In this document: positions 1-13,749 of the stretch, piece by piece
Numbering within the stretch: the first letter of the stretch is position 1
How the letters are laid out: each line of letters begins with the position of its first letter
Origin: Lama glama
Lineage: Eukaryota
Direction of reading: 5' to 3'
NCBI GenBank assembly: GCA_028534125.1
Contig: CM052816.1
Span: 62,622,001-62,686,000, forward strand
Length of the DNA stretch: 64,000 nt
Translations under genes and position numbers: made by a program
The notes under the pieces: generated by a model
Seen by the model: only the letters and a program-made list of their open reading frames with translations
Told to the model about the DNA's origin: nothing
Database searches by the model: none

Positions 1-459
1 TGTGTAATTCCTCCCTTTTAATGGTTTGGCCTTGATAGTCTTGTTAGTAAGAAAGCTTGCCATTTCTAGGCAGCTGAACTCTTGAAACTTTCACTCATCA
101 CTTAGTTACTACAGATTCCTTGAGTTTTCCCATATGACATGTCTGTAGAGCTTCTTTTGAGAAAGATTCAGGCATTTCCTCGTATTCTGGAGGAAACCAA
201 AGCTATATGGATATAGATAGACATAAATGCTATATATCTGTAAATGTCAGTGCAAAGTGGGAAACAAAAATATGCTGTAGAGAACATGATACTTTCTACA
301 GTAGAGTCCACCCCGAAAGTAAGAACAGCTCCATCCCCTCACTCACTTTACTCCCATCCACCTGTGTCCACTTTCACTTTCTTGGATTTTTAATGTCCCT
401 CTGCAACAGTCTTCATGCATTCTCTTCCTCTGCAGGAAACGTCATCCTTCCTTTATTCA

Positions 460-700
460 CATTGCTAGTTCCAGTTCAACCTTAACATCCAAGCTCAAGT
501 GTCATTTCCTCCAAGAATTCTTTCTGATCTTGTTTTACTCCTTATATCATTTAACTATTATTAAAAGCTCTTATAACATTGTGATTTTAAAATTTTATAT
601 TATCTGATTAATGCTTCTGTCCTCCATTAGAATGTAAGCCCCCTAGAGTCAGAGAATACTTATTTTTGCACACCGTTTTATTCTCAGCACGCGGTAAAGT
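460..700 (+). mobile_element. L2 LINE 3' fragment
   Basis: L2-type tail motifs: 'agctcaagtgtcatttcctcc' and 'ccattagaatgtaagccccctagagtcagagaa'. Confidence 0.6.
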
Positions 701-953
701 GTGATGAGCATGAAGCTGCTCTTTCTGTCTTACAATTTGCTTTGCTTTATATAACAAACTTTGCATGGTTCTGTTGGTTCTATCTGTGCATGCTACTAAG
801 CTTATTTGAGAGTCAGCATAAAGCTTTATTTATTCAGCTCACTTGTCACTGTTGAGTGTTGCTTTTAGGAGAGTTATACTCATTCAGCCTCACATTTTAG
901 TAATATAAAATTTTGTAAATTTCTAATGACTGCTTTGTAGTGCTTTCTCCCAG

Positions 954-989
954 ATTTGCAGTCGATATAATCTAGAATTGGTGGAATGA
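954..989 (+). CDS. Candidate terminal coding exon (ICSRYNLELVE*) of an unidentified upstream gene
   Basis: Branch-like ctaat at about 923, pyrimidine tract tgctttctcccAG ending 953, short frame to TGA 987-989, retained CpGs, ATTAAA at about 1148. Reading phase not proven. Confidence 0.3.
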   Translation: MCSRYNLELVE

Positions 990-1925
990 TTGATTTATGG
1001 CCCCCTTTGGAAGAAGGAACAGAAGCTCGTTCAGAACTTGGCACCTGTGATGATTTCTTGGTCTGTGTATCTCTACGATCTATCACAAATATCTCTAGAT
1101 GGAGCTATTTAACCTTTTCTCTTATAAACTAAAACCAGAAGAAATGAAATTAAAGGGACATGCTTACATCGTTTCTAGGACTCTAGGCCACAACTTGAAG
1201 ATTGCTTAATGCTGGAGGTTCCTGATCACGTGCACTGACTTCTTTTGTCTTTTTCCTTTTTCCCTTACCACCAAAGCTAGCTAGGTCTATGTATGAGGAA
1301 ATAATTCTTTCTTTGCTCTAATATGGAGATCAGGTATAATAACACTTTTACCTAAATCATTATTTTTCCTGTAGAATCCAAGGTGTTTCTCTGACCAAAG
1401 TGGTAAGCATTGCTTTGTGGAGTGGTAGACTTAAAGAAACCCACTCTAATGTACTAGCAAAAACAAAAATCAGAAAATATGCATAAGGCAGAGGAAAAGA
1501 AATTCTAGTTAATTTTTTTTTATTTTAACGATGAGCAACATGGATTTTAGTAGTAGAACAATACTTATTTTTTAAGTAATAATGATAATAGCATATATAT
1601 AGCAACTCTTAACGGTATTCTAAATGCTTTTTGCATGTTCTTTTAATTCTCAAAGCAAGCTTATTTTTTATATTGTTACACATGAATTATTATAAGTTAA
1701 ATAGAAAACACTGTCTTCAGCACTTGGATATATCATTTAGTGTGTCTTAGGAAGTATATTGAATCCTCAGTGTAGGATAAAATACTGTATTTATTCTGCA
1801 TAACCAGCTCAAATGCCTCTTCTTTCGTGAAGACTTGCAATGATTTTTGAGCTTATCTTTCTGGACAGTGAGCTCCTTGAAGGCAGAAGCCATATCCTAG
1901 TTATGTTTATATCCCCTGTATCTAA

Positions 1926-2139
1926 AACTGTCTTATCGAATACGGTAGTCACTGGCCACATGTGATTAATTAAATTGAAATTTAATTAATTAAAATGAGA
2001 TAAAGTTAAAAATCCAGTTCCCCAGCTACATTAGGAACATTTCAAGTGCTCACTAGTCACTACTTGTGGCTAGTAGTTACCCTAACAGATCAGCATTGCG
2101 TGAACATTTCCATAGTCACAGCGTTCTATTGACAGCACC
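1926..2139. mobile_element. MER3-like hAT-Charlie DNA transposon
   Basis: 'gtagtcactggccacatgtg...catttcaagtgctcactagtcac...ttctattgacagcac' resembles MER3/MER33. Confidence 0.7.
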
Positions 2140-2250
2140 GTCTTGAATAATGATTTGCCCATGAATTAATGTATTAATTGAACTGATCAGTGTTCTTTAG
2201 TGACTTTTTTGAAATGGGCATTGTCGAGACATAGGAGATGGAGTGAAAAA

Positions 2251-2274
2251 CAGCAACAGCAACAACAACAACAA
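2251..2274 (+). repeat. (CAG/CAA)n short trinucleotide repeat
   Basis: cagcaacagcaacaacaacaacaa. Confidence 0.9.
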
Positions 2275-3821
2275 GACATGTTATCTATCCTGCTGAACCC
2301 TGGCATTTTGCGGAGAAGACAGAAACTAAGCAAACTGGAGTTAGTGGGTAAATGTTTAACAATGGGCTATTTCAGATTCAATGTCCATTTGAAAATGATC
2401 TGAGTAGGGCTTACTAACAGCAAGAAGTGTGTCACAGTGGAACTATTTAATATGCCCCTTGGTCCTGTGGCTTCGGGCAGGAGAGTTTTAAGAAATGCTG
2501 GCATCAGAAGTACAGACATCTGTTGCCTTCTTTCTGGAATCATTAAAGGGATCAGAAGTTAGCAGGCTTTATAACTTTTTAAAAAATTGCAGTTTTCTAG
2601 CTCAGAGAGCAGTCTAAACCATTTTCTCCACTAGAAGTAGGAGGAGAGAGAAAGCATTTAACACAGCAGGGGGACTATTAGTGAGCTGCAGTAGGACTGA
2701 ACATAAGAAAAATTGTTACTGCTTTTCTGTACCCATGGTCTTGGGAACTTTATATTTCATTTGCTTTTATTATTTTCCTCTTGTCCTTTTAGAAAGCCAG
2801 TTTGACATGTGTTCCAACATCAAAGTCAGACAGGGAATAATAAAGAAACCCCATGAAGGATTCTAGACTATAATGTGATGAAAATACACTAATTATCTGA
2901 GAATCACACACAGTTCTATTGGTAAATATAGAGGACTCACTTCTGCTGTCAGCTGCGCGAATAGACAGTGCAGCTGTGAATTTTCTGATAATGGGCGTAA
3001 TCGTTATTTTAAGTCATCCCAGTTGCCTACATTGTGCTCCTTGAGCAACTGTGGAGGGGTGTTTGTGTGTGACTGCTGTTCCTGGAAAAACTGCACCGTG
3101 AATGGGCTTTCTCTGTACACTGATGAGTGAGACTAATTGCCGACAAAACGAAGCTAGAAATAAAATAGTCTGTTTAGAATGGGCACATAGGATACATAGA
3201 ACTCTGCAAACTGAGAAAAGAAAGTTTCAGTGGAAACAAGTGATGCATTTTATTTCAGAAATTTCTATATTCTAAGAAACAAAGAATAATTCTGTAATCG
3301 GAGATGAATGGTTGATGGTAATTTCTTATGCTTCCCAATATTTAGGGCAGGGCAGGATTTGACTTTGGGCTTTTCCACAACTAAATGTAGAACCTTTAGA
3401 AGGAAATAATACAGAATTTCCAATGAGACTAGAATTTCTTCTCTGCTTCCAAACAAGATTTTCTTGATTTAAATAGCTGAAAATGGCATTTCATTGAAAA
3501 GAATTTTTAAGTGAATTAATGGCTTCCACATTTGGTGAAACAGATTGAGCTGAATTTTATTCTTCAGGCTCATGTACAGTTATAATTATTTCTGATTTTT
3601 ATCCATTTATTTTAAACTTTGTATTCCTTATGGGACATTGTTTAAAGGCAACAAGAGAAACACTAATGGCAAAATACATGTTAATAGAGAGGTAGTAATT
3701 TTTTCATCAGATCCATAAATTGAATCTATCTGATTCAAATATCTATATACCATTTGAGGGTATCTTTGGTGCAGAGAAAACCAATGTTAAAAAGCTATAT
3801 TTATATCTACTTTTTCATTTC

Positions 3822-4005
3822 TTTTTTTTAATTTTCATATTTTGTTTTTTAATATTTTATTTATTTTTGTATTATTTTAATTATTTTATTTTGGGGGGAG
3901 GAGGTAATTAGGTTTATTTATATTTAGAAGAGGTACTGGGGATTGAACCCAGGACCTCATGCATGCTAAGCTTGCACTCTCCTACTTGAGCTATACCCTC
4001 CCCCC
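3822..4005 (-). mobile_element. Camelid tRNA-derived SINE (Vic-1-like)
   Basis: Reverse strand reads ggggagggtatagctcaagtaggagagtgcaagcttagcatgcatgaggtcctgggttcaatccccagtacc plus an A-rich tail; flanked by imperfect ctttcatttct repeats. Confidence 0.85.
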
Positions 4006-4235
4006 TTTCTAACTCTTTCATTTCTTAGCAAATAACACTTTTTATATCTTCAGTGGGTTATTTGACAAGAGAACCTTGAAAATAGTAGTCAAATTTTTCT
4101 CACATGTTTCACTAACTGAGCATGGAAGTTATAAAAAGTAATTCAAAAGGCAGGAATTCAATATATCATATAGTAAAAATAGATTTTGTCTTCTTCTGAT
4201 GCTAGAACTGTAACTAGTGTTCAATTTATAGTTAT

Positions 4236-4698
4236 TTATACAATGGAATACTACTCAGCCTTAAAAAATAATAAAATAATGCCATTTGCAGCAACACGGA
4301 TGGACCTGGAGACTGTCATTCAAAGTGAAGTAAGACAGAAGGAGAAAGAAAAATACCATATGATATCACTTATATGTGGAGTCTAAAAAAAGACAAATGA
4401 ACTTATTTACAAAACAGAAACAAACACAGAGACATAGAAAACAGACTTATGGTTACCAGAAGAGGAGTGGGGGTGGGAAGTGATAAATTGGGAGTTCAAG
4501 ATTTACAGATACTAACTGCTATGTATAAAATAAATAAACAGCAAGTTTTGACTGTAGAGCACAGGGAGCTATATTGAATATCTTATAGTAACCTATTATG
4601 ACAATGAATATAGGTATGTATATATATGACTGAACTATTATGCTGTATACCAGAAATTGACACATTGTAAACTGACTATACTTGAATTAAAAAAAATA
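4236..4698 (+). mobile_element. L1 3' end (ORF2 C-terminus, 3'UTR, polyA)
   Basis: Encodes TMEYYSALKNNKIMPFAATRMDLE (L1 ORF2 end), then L1 3'UTR ending cttgaattaaaaaaaa. Confidence 0.9.
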
Positions 4699-7600
4699 TA
4701 TATATGTTTGGCCCATATAAACAACAGGATAAAATACGGCAGTTTAAGATTTATTTAAATTACAAATCATTTAAATAAACGATGTCCATATTCCATTTAA
4801 AGAATAAAAATAAAATTATGATGTCATAAGTATAATTAAAATTTAAAAAGTCAAAATAAAAATGATAAAAAACATACAGTTATTTAATATTTGTTAACAA
4901 ATAGAATATAAACATTATTAGCAGAAGATATTTTAAAAAAGAAAATATTATTCCAAAAATAAGACCAGACATCATATGTGAAAAACACTTAATTAATAAT
5001 TTAAAATTTTGACTATATTAATGAAATAAGGAATCCAATGTATTGGAATATATTATTTGCTATATACAGGTGGATGTATTATTTGATAAAGGAATATATT
5101 TGAACTTCAAAAAAGTGTGACTTTAAACAACAAATTGCATCAGTAGTATCAGGATTAACCCATGTGTGTATTTTCTTGTAAGTTTTTCCAGCTGTTGAAG
5201 CAGCCCTTTCTGATTCTACGCTACTAGGGTGATGGTGACAAGAGTTACAAATTAGTGCTAGATATTTTCCTCTGATATTTTTATCTTCAAATATCTCTTG
5301 TTTGATGATTTTAAGATTTTTTTAAACAATGTTTTTCAGGAACTGCAAACTTTTTATTGAAATCGAGTTTTACTTTTATTTCGAAAGAAGCATATCCAGT
5401 TTGTACTTAACTTTGTTTTTCTTTTATTTTCATCATGTGTAGACAGAGAATCTCCTGCAGCCTCACCCCATCAGACACGTTCATGATATACGTGTTTGAA
5501 ATCTCTGAATTGGGATATGAATTATTCTTGCAATAACAGCTTTGCTCTGTGGTTTGCTTCCAACCCTCCCCTCTACCCTGTTGGAGATGAGGGAGGCTAC
5601 AGAGAAATACTTTTTAAAAGTGTAACTTTGTTCAGTATGAATTTTAGTGAAGCATATAACTCTCTGGATATATCTCAGGATGTAAATGATTTCCTCAGAC
5701 ATTTTTAAAAGGTTGGAATAATGGCATCATATCAAGAGAAGTGATATTTTAGGAGATAGAAATAGCATGGTATCCGAGAATAACAAAAAAATTGCATCAT
5801 GATCACTAAGCACCACTGACTGGAATCTCATCAGCCTATGGATAGGGGAGGTGACATAGAGGGTCACAGAATCATGTCCCCATGAGAGACTTCAGATCTG
5901 CTCATATATTCCTAGGGCACTAGCACTAACCCACAGAAGGAATCAAACCGCCAGCCCTGATCATGCAGAAAAATTGGGAGTTTGGAGGCACTGGAAGTTG
6001 GAAAGCACATGGTGAAAGTTTCATTTCAAAATTACCAAAGGAAACACAAAAGAAACAATTACCAGACTACTCGGTAGACTAGTATTTGTGACTAGGATGT
6101 AGCATTTATGGCTAAGGATTAACCAGCATTTCCAGAACCCTCCTTATTAGTCACATTTCACACAGTAATGTGCATGTGTGTGTATGTGTGTGTACACACT
6201 GAGAAGGACTTTTTTTTTTAACTTGGAGAAGGATATATTGAGATGCTTTGAACCTCATACTAGGGAATTAGAACTACATTCTTGCCACTGTGTGTGTTGG
6301 GAGGTTAAGAATAGGACATAGCATGGAAATTGAAGCACCAACTGAATCATTGCCATTCAGAGTTGTATTACCAATATATGAGGTCTTCTGTAGGTGTATT
6401 TCCATTATCACACCTCACTCTTCTATTCTCTTATTCTCTTCAACTATTTTGAATTACTATGTCTCTAGTTATAGTTTACCCCAGTTTTTGTTCATATAGT
6501 GGTGTTCGTCAACTTCCAAGACTGAAACGTTTATGCTTCCCTCCATCATGTCAGATAACTTCTATCGATCCACAATTGTCTGCTTATTGTTACCTTTTTT
6601 TCCCCTTGGTCATTCCTTAGAAGTGACTAGAGCTGCTATTAAACTTGGATTTTAATATCCAGTGTGATGATGTACTTTGGAACTTTTGCTGTCTTTCAGG
6701 CACATTTGCACTTTCTTTTGTCACCCATTGTGGATTAAAAGTTCATCAGAAAACAAAATAGTGGCAGGAAGCGAGGTCACTGTAGGGTAAAGAAATGCAT
6801 TAACAAGTGTCAGGTCAGTTGAGAAGAGCAAAATGTGATGCATCCATGTTCAGTGGCAGAGAGCATGTGCTCATGTTTGCTCTCCTGTACTACTTCAGTG
6901 GTCATGAGAACTATATATATATGATATATATGCGCTTTACTGCTAATCTTGCAATGGATTTGCATATTTAAATATAGAAATATTTGAGATAAATAACATT
7001 GTAATAGATCAGCACTGTAAACAGAGGGGCTCCAGGAGAAACACACACCTTTACAGCATGCCAAACATGGCTTGTAAATGCCACCCAATATGGTGCTCAC
7101 ATGATTTTTTAATTTCTTTTCACAAGGAATGTTTGAAACCCAAGACTGAGTAGTATAGGAGCATCATCTCTATTCTGGTTCTAGTCTCTATTTTCTGCCC
7201 CTGTTCAATGTCTAGTGGCTTTTTACCTCCAGGCTACTTCAAGGCAGAAATGGGCTACTTCAGTAAATATTTTCCGATCACCTATCATGTGTCAGATAGT
7301 GTTCTAGACTTTAAATGCTATTGCATCAGGAAGAAGGAATGCTTTCCAGATTAAGTTCACTTTGTGAACAGATTTCTCTGTTTGGGATGGACTGAGGAGC
7401 CATTATACTTCCTAGGTGGACATTCTCCCTGACAAAGCTTAGGACTGGGTAGTTTTCCTCCTGTTAACAAGTAGTCCACCCTCCAGTGAAAGATGATGAC
7501 CTTCCTACTGCTAGTTCATAGATCAAAGGGAACAGATCTTTTTAAAGATGTTATATTTTCAGTTTGAAATGGAGTGAACCAAATCCACATAGCTTTAAAA

Positions 7601-9374
7601 TATCCCCCTAGTTGCCTGAAATCTGACAAACAAAAGAACACTTGTTATTCCTTAGCCGTCTGTTATGACATAAAAAAAGGCTTGCCAAATGAAAAGCAGC
7701 ATATGCACTCATGACACATCAAAATCGTGAGAAGCACATGCTTTGCTTGACAGGATGAGTTTCCACCCTAGTCTCGATGCCTGTGTTATTTTGCTTGCGG
7801 TTTCTCTAAGTGTCATAGCAGACGGGAAATCTTCAAATAGCAAAACCTTGTTAAGAACATTATCAGCTTTTTCAGGTCATGGTGTAACATAATGTTTTGA
7901 AATGGCACAGTATTTTTTAAAGTAGTAAGTCTTTACTTCAGTTCCTGTATTAATCCTTTGGACATTTTAAAGGAACACTATGTTCATAATAGTACAATAT
8001 CAAATGGAAATTCAGTTTCAGAGACAGATATTATAAGGTATTCATTACATGAGCTCCCAAAATGGCTCTTTTAGTTTATTCCATTTGAATTTGCCTGTGA
8101 ATTTTCTATCTGTATATATTGCCTGTGGAGAGGGGATATCAAGGAGAAAGTTCAGTTAAAATGATCTGACCAAAAATGTGTGCTAATTTGTTTATTTCTT
8201 CAGAATGAAAGAGAACTCAAACATGTTTAGTTGAGGGATACTGTGTGTACATTTAAATTTGTATTTTTTCCAGTTTTAAAATATTTTTCCCTCTGATATT
8301 CAGTAATAAATACCATGAGGCCCTGGTTGCGTCCTTTCCAAAATAGTAATTGTAAATTGTGTTATCCCATCTATTCAGTATCTTTTTATTTATTTGGTAA
8401 ATTATCTGCACATTTTATGCCTTTTGTTAATTTTATTGCTCATTAATACGTTTATCAGGGAGGATGTGAGGAAATGTAAAGTTACGAAGCAAAATTCTCT
8501 CACTTTTCATTTTGTCGGTAGCATTGGCAAGAGATTTGGAAAAGCCTGTTACTGACTTCTGTTCACCATCTTGTCCATGGGAATGAAGTAAGATTCTCTT
8601 TGAAAATGGCACCCATGCAGAAGAACGGTGAATAGAACGAAGGAAAGCAGGTGGGTAGTGTCTGTCTCAGCATTGGGCTTACTTGCTGGGTGTGTGGTTT
8701 GATTGTTTATGCAGTGACCTTAGAGGCATTCCTCAACATCTCTTTCTACACCAGAAAATATCCATCTACTAGCTGAGACTTGAAAAAAATTTAAAGACTT
8801 CTATTTCACAACCAGAAATAAGGCTAACAGCTCTTGGGAGTAGGAACAATGACATAAATACAGTCCCAAGTGTAGATTACTAGACTAGGATTCTTTCCTT
8901 AGTACAGATATTTGGGGAAAAAAGCCTGTTTTAGGAATAAAAGAAGAAAAACAAAAGGATGCAGATATCTTAAGGAATAAGGAAGTAATATAGTGCAAAT
9001 CTGGAAGGTGAAAGGGCATAGAAGAAAGAGACCAGGGATGAAGAAATACTTTCACAATCTGTTCAGAGCCAGTCCCAACCATCAAGTTAGGTCACCTAAA
9101 AAAAAGGGACTTTCCCCAGAGTTCTGATTGTCATAAATGTTTGTAATATATTTTCAGCAAAAATTCTAAGCATTTATTTGATGTGTTGATTTTATTAAGT
9201 TTGTTCATGTATCTTCCTAGTTTGAAAAGATTAAAAAATGCCACCTCTTTAATTAAGAAAAAGTCCTACCACCAGGAAGAAGTGCTTGTTTCTTCTGCTT
9301 TATTGTCAGAACACTGTTTGCATGAGTCCCAATTAGTATCACAGAGATTAGAAACAGGCTTGCGTGATGAGTAA

Positions 9375-9560
9375 GAACATGAACTTTAGAATCAGACTTA
9401 GTTTTCATTACTGACTTCGTCATTTACAAGTTGTGTGACTTTGGCTATGTTCCTTAACTTATCTCTCCCTCAGTTATCTTTGGTGATAATAATGTCATGC
9501 CATGAGGTTAAGGGGATTGAATGATACCATATCTGCAAAGCACTTTGCACCAAGCTTGTC
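9375..9560 (+). mobile_element. MIR SINE
   Basis: Core 'tgtgtgactttggctatgttccttaacttatctctccctcagtt'. Confidence 0.7.
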
Positions 9561-10184
9561 ATATTTTTAAACACATTTGATGATGATGATGGTAATCATG
9601 ACATAACTTTTAACCTAGCAAATATAAAATCCTCAAATTAAGGGACTATGTCTTGGATATTTTTATGTGCTTCAGATATGGCAGCAAAATTGCAGACAGT
9701 AATTGTGGATTTCATCAATTAAATTGAAAACCATATAATATAAAATTAATAGAGGACTTTTTAAACAGTTGGTAAAAAAGTTACAATAATGGAATATTAG
9801 CAAACAAATGTAGCTGGATGGAAATAAATGATGTGTTATCAAATAGAGGTCCTTTGGAAAACTGATTTATGAATGGGAAAACAAACTTGAAGTTGGAAGG
9901 TTAATTGACATGAAACAGCATTTCTAAGTTGTTTAAAAATGGTTCTCATAAAGTAGATTAAAAATTTCTATGTATATTTTTCTTTAACATACTCGTGTCA
10001 GCAAAGTTTTGGTTTTTATGCTTATTTTTAAATGAATATTAAGGAACACAGTAACAAAATGGAAAGATTTGGTAAAATTTTCAATATAGTGGAAATTAAA
10101 GGAATTGAGAATGTTTGAAATAATAGAAGATTACAGAGAGGAAGGAATATCAATCTTCAGATATACACAGTGTTGATATGTGTG

Positions 10185-10700
10185 TTTCAATCAAGATTGT
10201 TTTGGCTACAGCTGACAGTAAATCCAACACAAGCAAATTTAAGAAAAAGGAATGTTTTCAGTTTCTATAATTGAAAACTGTAAAGAAGTAGCTCTACTTC
10301 ATACTTGCTGGATAGTTCAGGACCCAGTCTCTCCTTCTTTCTGCACTTCTCTCTCTATGTTGGCCCCATTTCCATAGAGGCTATTGCTTCCCATGAAGAA
10401 GATGATGGGCAGAGGATCTGCACCTCCAAAGTCTACTGAAACAGTGAATGTTTCTCTTGCTCATCCTTTCAAAGCAAAAGTCCTGCCCTAAATTAGGTTT
10501 CATGCTCATTCCTGAATTAATAACTACGGTCATGGGAGTACTGTGAATCCATGTGTAACTCATAGGTCCATTTCTGGAGATGATAGTCAACACCACTAGA
10601 TCCAAATGTACTAAAACTTGGTGATGGATGAGTCTCCAGAGAAATACCTGGGTGTTGTGTTCTGAGGAAAAGAAAGAAAAAGGATAGCTGCTGTAACATG
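10185..10700 (-). mobile_element. Old MaLR LTR (MLT1J/K-like)
   Basis: 'tcaagattgttttggctacagctgacagtaaatccaac' and 'ggtttcatgctcattcctgaattaataact' resemble old MLT1 LTRs. Confidence 0.5.
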
Positions 10701-11429
10701 GGTGATGAAGCCCCTGTATTTTGTATGGCTCCACAAGGCAGAACTAGAATTAATTAGAAGCAAGCGTTGTTAAGGCAGGTTTTAGTTTAACAGAAAGATG
10801 AACCAACAATTTAGAATGTACCAAGAACTAGCCCACTTCAAAAGTTAGAGGACTGCCTGTAAATTTGTCTTCAAACTCTGGCTTGGTGACCATCTGTGGT
10901 GGACTGGAGTAAATGATCTTTAAGATCTTGTTTTAGTCTGTGGTGGTTACTAGATTTCTTCCTTCAAGTTTGGATGAGATAAAGAGATCACACACTAAAT
11001 TCTTTTGAGGCTAGATGTGTAAAACCTCATTTCCAAGGGGTTTGCTTAGTGAAAGCACAGAAGGCCGTGGAGGAAGAGCCTTCCTCGGAAGGTGACATGC
11101 TTCATTGAGAATTGAAACAGTGACAGCATTGATGCTCATATAATATTTCTTGATATTTAAGCTTAGAAAAATTCTCAGTATCTTTGTTCCTTTTACAAAT
11201 TCCCATTAAAGGAAAATAAAACATTAATCTATCTAGTCTTATAATATGGCCTTTAATTTTTTTGTGTGTGTGTGTACACTGTGCTTATTGAGAATGCAAT
11301 GTAATTTTTATTACACAGAAGGGAAAGAACTCACAAAGATGATACGATGAGTTGATTAAGAGTGACTGCTTTTAGTCTTTAAATAGGTTTCTGTTCATAG
11401 GGATATAAATAGAAAATTATGAAATGGAA

Positions 11430-11680
11430 CTAAGAATTATTGAGCATCAGTTATGTGCCAGGTGCTTTCTACAGTTTACCTGATTTAATCCTCAGTGCAG
11501 TTAGCTCCATTAACACGTGAAAAACTCAATTGTTAAAGAAGTTACTGTAGTTCATCCGAGTAAAGTTATTTAACAAAATGTAAGACCTTGCCCAAATGCA
11601 TACTCCTCTTCAGTTGGCAGAGCCTAGATTCAAATCTAGATCTACTCACTTCTAAATCCATTCTCACCATGTTGCCTGAA
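11430..11680 (-). mobile_element. MIR SINE
   Basis: 'tattgagcatcagttatgtgccaggtgct...tttaatcctca...ggcagagcctagattcaaat'. Confidence 0.65.
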
Positions 11681-12048
11681 AAAGAGATGACAAGTACAAA
11701 CCTGTTTTCTGTCAATTCCTGAGAGTACTGAGAAATTCATTGTTTCCTATTTACTTGCTATTTCTGTTGAAATAGCTCAAATGTAGTTCATCAGCTGGAG
11801 TGATGATGGTACTGCAGGGAAATTAATAAGTGCAAAGTACTAAGGCAAAAGTAGAAATCATAACTGAATATATAATTCAGTAAAAGACACAGGAAAATTG
11901 ACAGCACATTTTATAGTTTTGGACCATAATGGCAATTGTTTCTGTAGGATTCAGTATCCAAAATCATTACCTTATATCTCTTCTACTCTTCATTGAGTTG
12001 TAATGGTTGTATTCCCTTTTTCTCTCTTTTTAAAACTGAACTCATTTA

Positions 12049-12150
12049 GGGGATGGGAATAGCTCAATGATAGAGCACATGCTAAGCATGCTTGAGGTCC
12101 TGGGTTCAATCCCCAGTATATCTATTAAAAAACAAAATAAAAATTCAAAA
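12049..12150 (+). mobile_element. Camelid tRNA-derived SINE (Vic-1-like) with 17-bp TSD
   Basis: A/B-box body and A-tail; TSD aaaactgaactcattta (12032-12048) / aaaagtgaactcattta (12151-12167). Confidence 0.9.
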
Positions 12151-13109
12151 AAAAGTGAACTCATTTAAAATTAGGATCTGGATTCAAAACTACGTCTCTT
12201 TATTGAAGGGAGGAGGGAAATAGCTTGTTTTGAATTTCAGTCTTGTGAATTTGCTACATTAATTTCTAGCCGAAGATTTCATAACAATTCAAAAGGAAGT
12301 GCATTATTGAGAAGCTTTAACTAATTTAACATAGTGAAGAGTTAATTATAATGTGATTCCTCTAGAAGGGTTAATTGGCTTTCTTTCCCCCAAACAGTAA
12401 GATATGAATTAAAAAAGAGAAAAGACTATTAGCACTCACTATAGGCTGTAAAAGACTTATTTTAAACAATAATAGTTGACACATGCAAGTTGTGATTTCA
12501 TAAAAATAAATTTTTCTCCTGTATGAAAACTTTGACGTGTAGCTGTGTTAGAGAAAGTTTTTTTTAAAAAAATTGAAGTACCATTAGTTACAATGTATCC
12601 ATCTCTTGTATATATCACAATGTCCCAGCCATGTATATACATAAATATATTCGTAGAGAAATGCTTTTGAGAGTTTTGTGTACACTAGGCAAGAAAAAGG
12701 ACCATCCCAACAAATGGAAGGAAGAGTGAGATATAGGGATCTTGGAGAGGTGTCTCCTGCTTAGCAGATGTATGCCTTGGAGTCTGTTAGATGGATGTTC
12801 ATTTAACATATCTGGTGCTCAGTAAATAAGTTGTTGCCACATTGGAAACCTTACTGAATATTTGGAGGAATTTACAGCTTACTGTGGAAAGTTAAAATTC
12901 CTTACGAGATTTTGATTGAAACTTAAAGAACAACCAACAATTCTTAACTGGTCTTGGTCCAACAATGGACAATCAAGAGTAATAACACATTTCTAAGTTT
13001 TACTTTGGTTGGGACAGCTATTTAAAGCCAGAAAGGCACACATACCTTCTAAGATATCACAAAGAGGATGGCCTAAGTCAAGATGAACTATAGTGAAAGG
13101 TCTAAGTGG

Positions 13110-13310
13110 TACTGCAGAGGATAATAGCAAGAGAATAGAATCTGTAGTTTGTGTTCTTCTCTGCAACTTCAAGCTTGGGACCTTGGGCAATTTACTTCAC
13201 TTCCTCATCTGTAAAGTGAAGTTTAAGAGTAGCTATATTTTGGGGCTGGTGTAAGAATCAAAAGTCATAACATATATGAATGCCCAGTAGATAGTAGAGA
13301 TGCCATAAAT
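13110..13310 (+). mobile_element. MIR SINE
   Basis: 'gaccttgggcaatttacttcacttcctcatctgtaaagtg'. Confidence 0.65.
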
Positions 13311-13749
13311 TTTTACTCCAACTTGATTGTCAAGTAACTAAGAGAATTAGAAGGATCCAGGGAATCAGTGGAGAGGACGCTTGACAAAAAAATGTGTAAT
13401 ATTTATGATTGATTATTATTTTGTCAACATTGACTATAACTATTACATACAAAACAGCACAAGTTTAAGTCGTGGAAAACCTGGGTTCTAGTAACAGTAG
13501 CTACTAACTATATGTGTAGGTGTTAGGCTAGACTTGATTTAAGAGCCTTTCTAGATCATATTTAAATTTTAAAATTATTTTTAAATGACTCTGAAATATG
13601 AATTTTATTTTTGGGTTCACATATACAATATATATTTGATCCATTCACATTTCTTTTAAAGCATCTGATGAGTACCTAACTGTGCAAGGCATTGCTGTAA
13701 GCCAAATTCTGACTTGGGTGACTGATGATGCAAAGTAGAATAGGGAATA

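Noticed and set aside
2200..2403. ORF with a polyQ run
   Set aside because: Produced by a short CAA/CAG microsatellite; no ATG start or splice support
3925..4003. tRNA-like sequences (also 12049, 56989)
   Set aside because: A-rich tails, TSDs and mutual divergence mark them as SINEs, not tRNA genes
5442..5486. Possible plus-strand terminal exon RESPAASPHQTRS*
   Set aside because: Only an acceptor-like site; no independent support
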